Shown in pieces: positions 60,481-64,000 of a stretch of 64,000 nucleotides of DNA. The notes under the pieces were generated by a model. The model was not told the DNA's origin and did not search any database. It saw only the letters and a list, made by a program, of their open reading frames with translations. Each line of letters begins with the position of its first letter. The stretch's first letter is position 1. The stretch is from Octopus bimaculoides (taxonomy: Eukaryota). The DNA lies in contig NC_068988.1 of the NCBI RefSeq assembly GCF_001194135.2, positions 38,163,193 to 38,227,192 on the forward strand, written 5' to 3'. The position numbers were made by a program, and so were the translations under genes.

Positions 60481-60954
60481 ATGAAGTTAAGCGCAGCTGA
60501 AAATAAGTTTATTTATCCTAAAGTCACCGTGAGCAAAGAATGAAATTCAGAGCAGGAAGTATCAATTTTTGATACTTGTTTCATGACATGTAACTCTTTT
60601 AAATCCAGCCAGCTGAACCAAAATGAACCAACATCAGCTACAAAAGCAAATCAATAACTCAATAGATTATGTAAATAAGTTTTAAATTTGGTTTGCTTCC
60701 ACTCTGTAGGATTTGACATTTGGTTCCATTTAACTCAATTTAATGCTGCTTGATTTATCTGGAACAAGACTGGACTCAGGCCGGACTGAGTAAGACTCAG
60801 GCTTGACTTGAAAGAATGAATTTGGCTTGGTTTTTCTCAGCTCAGCTTGTTTGATAGGGATTCAACTTGAACCTATTCGACTGTTTAATACAATTATGCT
60901 TAAAATAGCAATTTATGTATCATAATTGCTGTTGTCCATACATATAGGCTTTAC

Positions 60955-61235
60955 ATTTGCAGGTGCTGGTACTACATAAAATTGCACTTGTGCCAGTGCT
61001 GCATAAACACACCTGTGCCAGTGGCATGTAAAAAGCACCCAACTCACTCTGTAAAGTGGTTGGTGTTAGGAAGGGCACCCAGTCATAGAAAGCCTGTCAC
61101 AATAGACAATTGTAGTCTGGACAGCTCCCTGTCTGGCCAGCTCCTGTCAAACTGTCCAACCCATGCCAGCATGAAAATGGAAAACAAACGTTAAATGATG
61201 ATGATGGTGACGATGACGATGATGATGATGTGATG
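60955..61235 (+). mobile_element. RTE LINE 3' tail with UTR modules
   Basis: GTGCCAGTGGCATGTAAAAAGCACCC..AGGAAGGGCACCC..CGTTAAATGATG. Confidence 0.8.
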
Positions 61236-61500
61236 ATTACCAGTCTTTGGGACTTTGGTATTCAAATTTATTCAGTTATTCAGGCTAAAAGACCAGATAT
61301 TATGGTGCTGCCACATTTCTGTAAAAACATTTGAAAAGCTAAGTAAATTCAACGAACTTGAAATAGAAGTCTCAAAACTGACATCTAAGAACAACAACTA
61401 TACCAGTGATCATTGGAAACAAAATATCTGAACTACAGAAAATTGTTCTCATGGGAACTGTCCACATCCAAAGAAAAACATTATCAACTTGAATATCCCT
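61235..61500 (+). pseudogene. R4/Dong-like (RLE) non-LTR retrotransposon C-terminal remnant
   Basis: LWDFGIQ..VIQAKRPDIMV; EKLSKFNELEIEVSKL; ISELQKIVLMGTVHI. Confidence 0.7.
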
Positions 61501-62017
61501 GAATTTTGTAAAATTCTTTCAAAACTGGAATATTACAAATTTAAAAGAATTTTATTTCTGGGATTCTGGTTTCCTTTCTTCACAATATATCACTACTAAT
61601 CATAAATAACAGCCATAGAAAAACAACCAACTTGCTGTTATTTGATGTCTTTGAAATTTTGAACAGCTTCTAGAAATTAAAACAACAATAATGTAAATAA
61701 CAACAACAAAAGCAATAATTATAATTGTTTCAAATTTTGGCAAAAGACCAGAAACTTTAGTGGGTAGGAGGTGATTGCTAATAATATTGACAAAGTTGAT
61801 TCTGTTGGAGTTTGGAATTTAAATGTAAAGAACTGGAAGAAAAATCACAAGGAATTTGTCTGACGCTCTATAATTTTAATCAAATGAAAAATATTGGCTT
61901 ACTTCAATAAGATAACTGGTAGCCTATAACACACACACAAACACGTATATGTCTTTGACTTTGTTTGAGTGTATGTGTGTGTGTGATTGTATATATATGT
62001 ATGTATGCATGCATGTA

Positions 62018-62050
<33 letters not shown>

Positions 62051-62872
62051 NNNNNNNNNNNNNNNNNNNNNNNNNNNNNNNNNNNNNNNNNNNNNNNNNN
62101 NNNNNNNNNNNNNNNNNNNNNNNNNNNNNNNNNNNNNNNNNNNNNNNNNNNNNNNNNNNNNNNNNNNNNNNNNNNNNNNNNNNNNNNNNNNNNNNNNNNN
62201 NNNNNNNNNNNNNNNNNNNNNNNNNNNNNNNNNNNNNNNNNNNNNNNNNNNNNNNNNNNNNNNNNNNNNNNNNNNNNNNNNNNNNNNNNNNNNNNNNNNN
62301 NNNNNNNNNNNNNNNNNNNNNNNNNNNNNNNNNNNNNNNNNNNNNNNNNNNNNNNNNNNNNNNNNNNNNNNNNNNNNNNNNNNNNNNNNATATATATATA
62401 TATATATATAAATTAAATCAAAGGAAAATTTAAGAATCATATCACCAAATAAAAGCTATAATTTCAAATGATTACTTAGTATATTTATCAACATTGCCGT
62501 AACTTTGAAATGTATGAGAACCTCATGTTATTTATTTCTCAGTTTGTTTGTTGTTTCCAAACGGACACATCTCCAGATACTGCTGAGAAATAAAGTTGTT
62601 ATGTAATAAACGGCATATCAGAATCACTCTGCATAGAAGTAAGAGGTTGGATTTATAGACTTATATGTGGAAATGAGATTATTTGATGTTTATACAGTCT
62701 TCAAGGGTATTAGTGGTAGGAGTAAAACTCCAAGAATCAGAGGGAGGATAAAGGGAGCTTCTATGTGGTCTGTCATTTGGTTTGTTAGAAATAACAGCCA
62801 AACCCCACCATTCATACAGTACTATATTGTCTTAAATAAAGGAAGGGCACATTGGATGATAACGTCTTAGAC

Positions 62873-63202
62873 CAGAGGTTCTCAAACATTTTGGGCCACT
62901 GCCCACCTCATGGCCACATAATATCCTCAACATCCACACCCCTGTTTTTTATGTATAGATAAATATTTTATGTTTTACTAATTCATATATACAATGAATC
63001 ATTTGATATTTAATATAATATTATATAATTTGTTTACAATAATATAATAATATTATAATAAATTCATAGCATCCCCCAATTCACTGCCTTCCTCCCAACG
63101 CCTCTTTTTTCTCTACCACCCGCCTCCACTTAGGCACCAGCGCCCACCTGGACCATCTCAACACCCACTGGGAGGTGGTAGCACCTACTTTGAGGACCTA
63201 TG
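62873..63202. mobile_element. hAT MITE inserted in a family J repeat
   Basis: TIRs CAGAGGTTCTCAAA / TTTGAGGACCTATG; perfect 8-bp TSD TCTTAGAC at 62865-62872 and 63203-63210. Confidence 0.9.
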
Positions 63203-63277
63203 TCTTAGACAAACTGGGAAAACAACAGGGTGGTCACAAATGGAACGTTTGTTTGATCCAGATTGATCTAGAGTTAA

Positions 63278-63497
63278 TCCTTTAGCATTCAGATTTCGCT
63301 GTCACATGTAATGTTTATTGATCCACATTGTTTCGCAGTCATCATGTATTATCTTGTTGTTTTGAGATTTCAATGATGTGATTGTTTATTTTAAGAAAGA
63401 CATTGTAAGATAGGTGTGAGAGGCTGGATCTAACAAGTTTGAACATAAAACAGGTCAGATATTTCGGCCTGATGAGGTCAGTTTAAATGCTAAGGGG
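63278..63497. mobile_element. piggyBac-type MITE, complete
   Basis: TTAA-TCCTTTAGCATT..AATGCTAAGGGG-TTCA. Confidence 0.7.
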
Positions 63498-63519
63498 TTC
63501 AATTACAACAACAATAATA

Positions 63520-64000
63520 ATTCTTTCTACTAAAGGTACAAGGCCTTACATTATAGGAGAGAGGTGGCTAGTTGTTTACATTGACCCCAGTGTTTTACTG
63601 GTACATATTTCATAGAGCACAGAAAGGTGAAAGGCAAAGTTATCCTCAGTGGAATTTGAACTTAGAACATAAAGCTCAAAGAAATGCTGCTCAGCATTTT
63701 GCCTGGCATGCTAACAATTCTGCCTGCTTATTATTACCTTAACAATAATGATTTCAAATTAAGGTGGTGAGCTGGCAGAAACGTTAGCACGCCAGGCGAA
63801 ATGTTTAGCACAAATCCTGCCGAGGTTGACTTTGCCATTCTTCCTTGCGGGGTCAATAAATTAAGTACCAGTTGTGTACTGAAGTCAATCTAATTGACTG
63901 GCCCCTGCCTCCCACAAAATTTTGGGCCTTGTGCCTAGAATAGAAAAAAATAATGATTTCAAATTTTGCCACAAAGGTTGCAATTTCAGGGAAGCAGGTA
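63520..64000. mobile_element. SINE family D cluster: minus copy (63520-63740), plus copy (63760-63950), start of another
   Basis: Family D motifs in both orientations. Confidence 0.8.

Noticed and set aside
2727-62440. Long ORFs spanning N-runs (e.g. 2727-3272, 24931-25920, 49570-50712, 61904-62440)
   Set aside because: Open only because gaps translate as X
63466-63480. CTGATGAGGTCAG
   Set aside because: Inside the piggyBac-type MITE with no downstream GAAA

Overview
Eukaryotic, AT-rich, repeat-saturated scaffold segment with about 12 N-gaps, mostly flanked by microsatellites. The SINE/LINE/MITE families resemble what I recall from Octopus genomes (inference, not a database result). No complete host gene is visible; the only plausible host coding piece is a terminal exon at 2501-2737 (+). 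The rest is transposon debris: about 13 copies or 3' ends of an RTE-clade LINE (longest 31041-32843), several modular tRNA-derived SINE families, two Penelope-like (GIY-YIG) remnants, a Tigger/pogo element, several mariner/Tc1 remnants, a Chapaev3-like element, hAT and piggyBac-type MITEs, a Helitron fragment, two RLE-type LINE remnants and several long foldback palindromes. Three observations stand out. (1) About a dozen minimal type-I hammerhead-ribozyme-like motifs occur in at least six unrelated sequence contexts, most with a different self-complementary stem III. One sits inside a tRNA-headed SINE that is duplicated head-to-head (40.5-40.9 kb), and one lies inside a TSD-flanked foldback insertion in the Tigger transposase (14.3-14.9 kb). 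(2) The RTE 3' UTR carries a copy-number-variable array of about 65-bp modules, each able to fold as a classical H-type pseudoknot. (3) The RTE reverse transcriptase carries a PHD-like zinc finger insertion. All RNA structures were paired by eye and none is tested.
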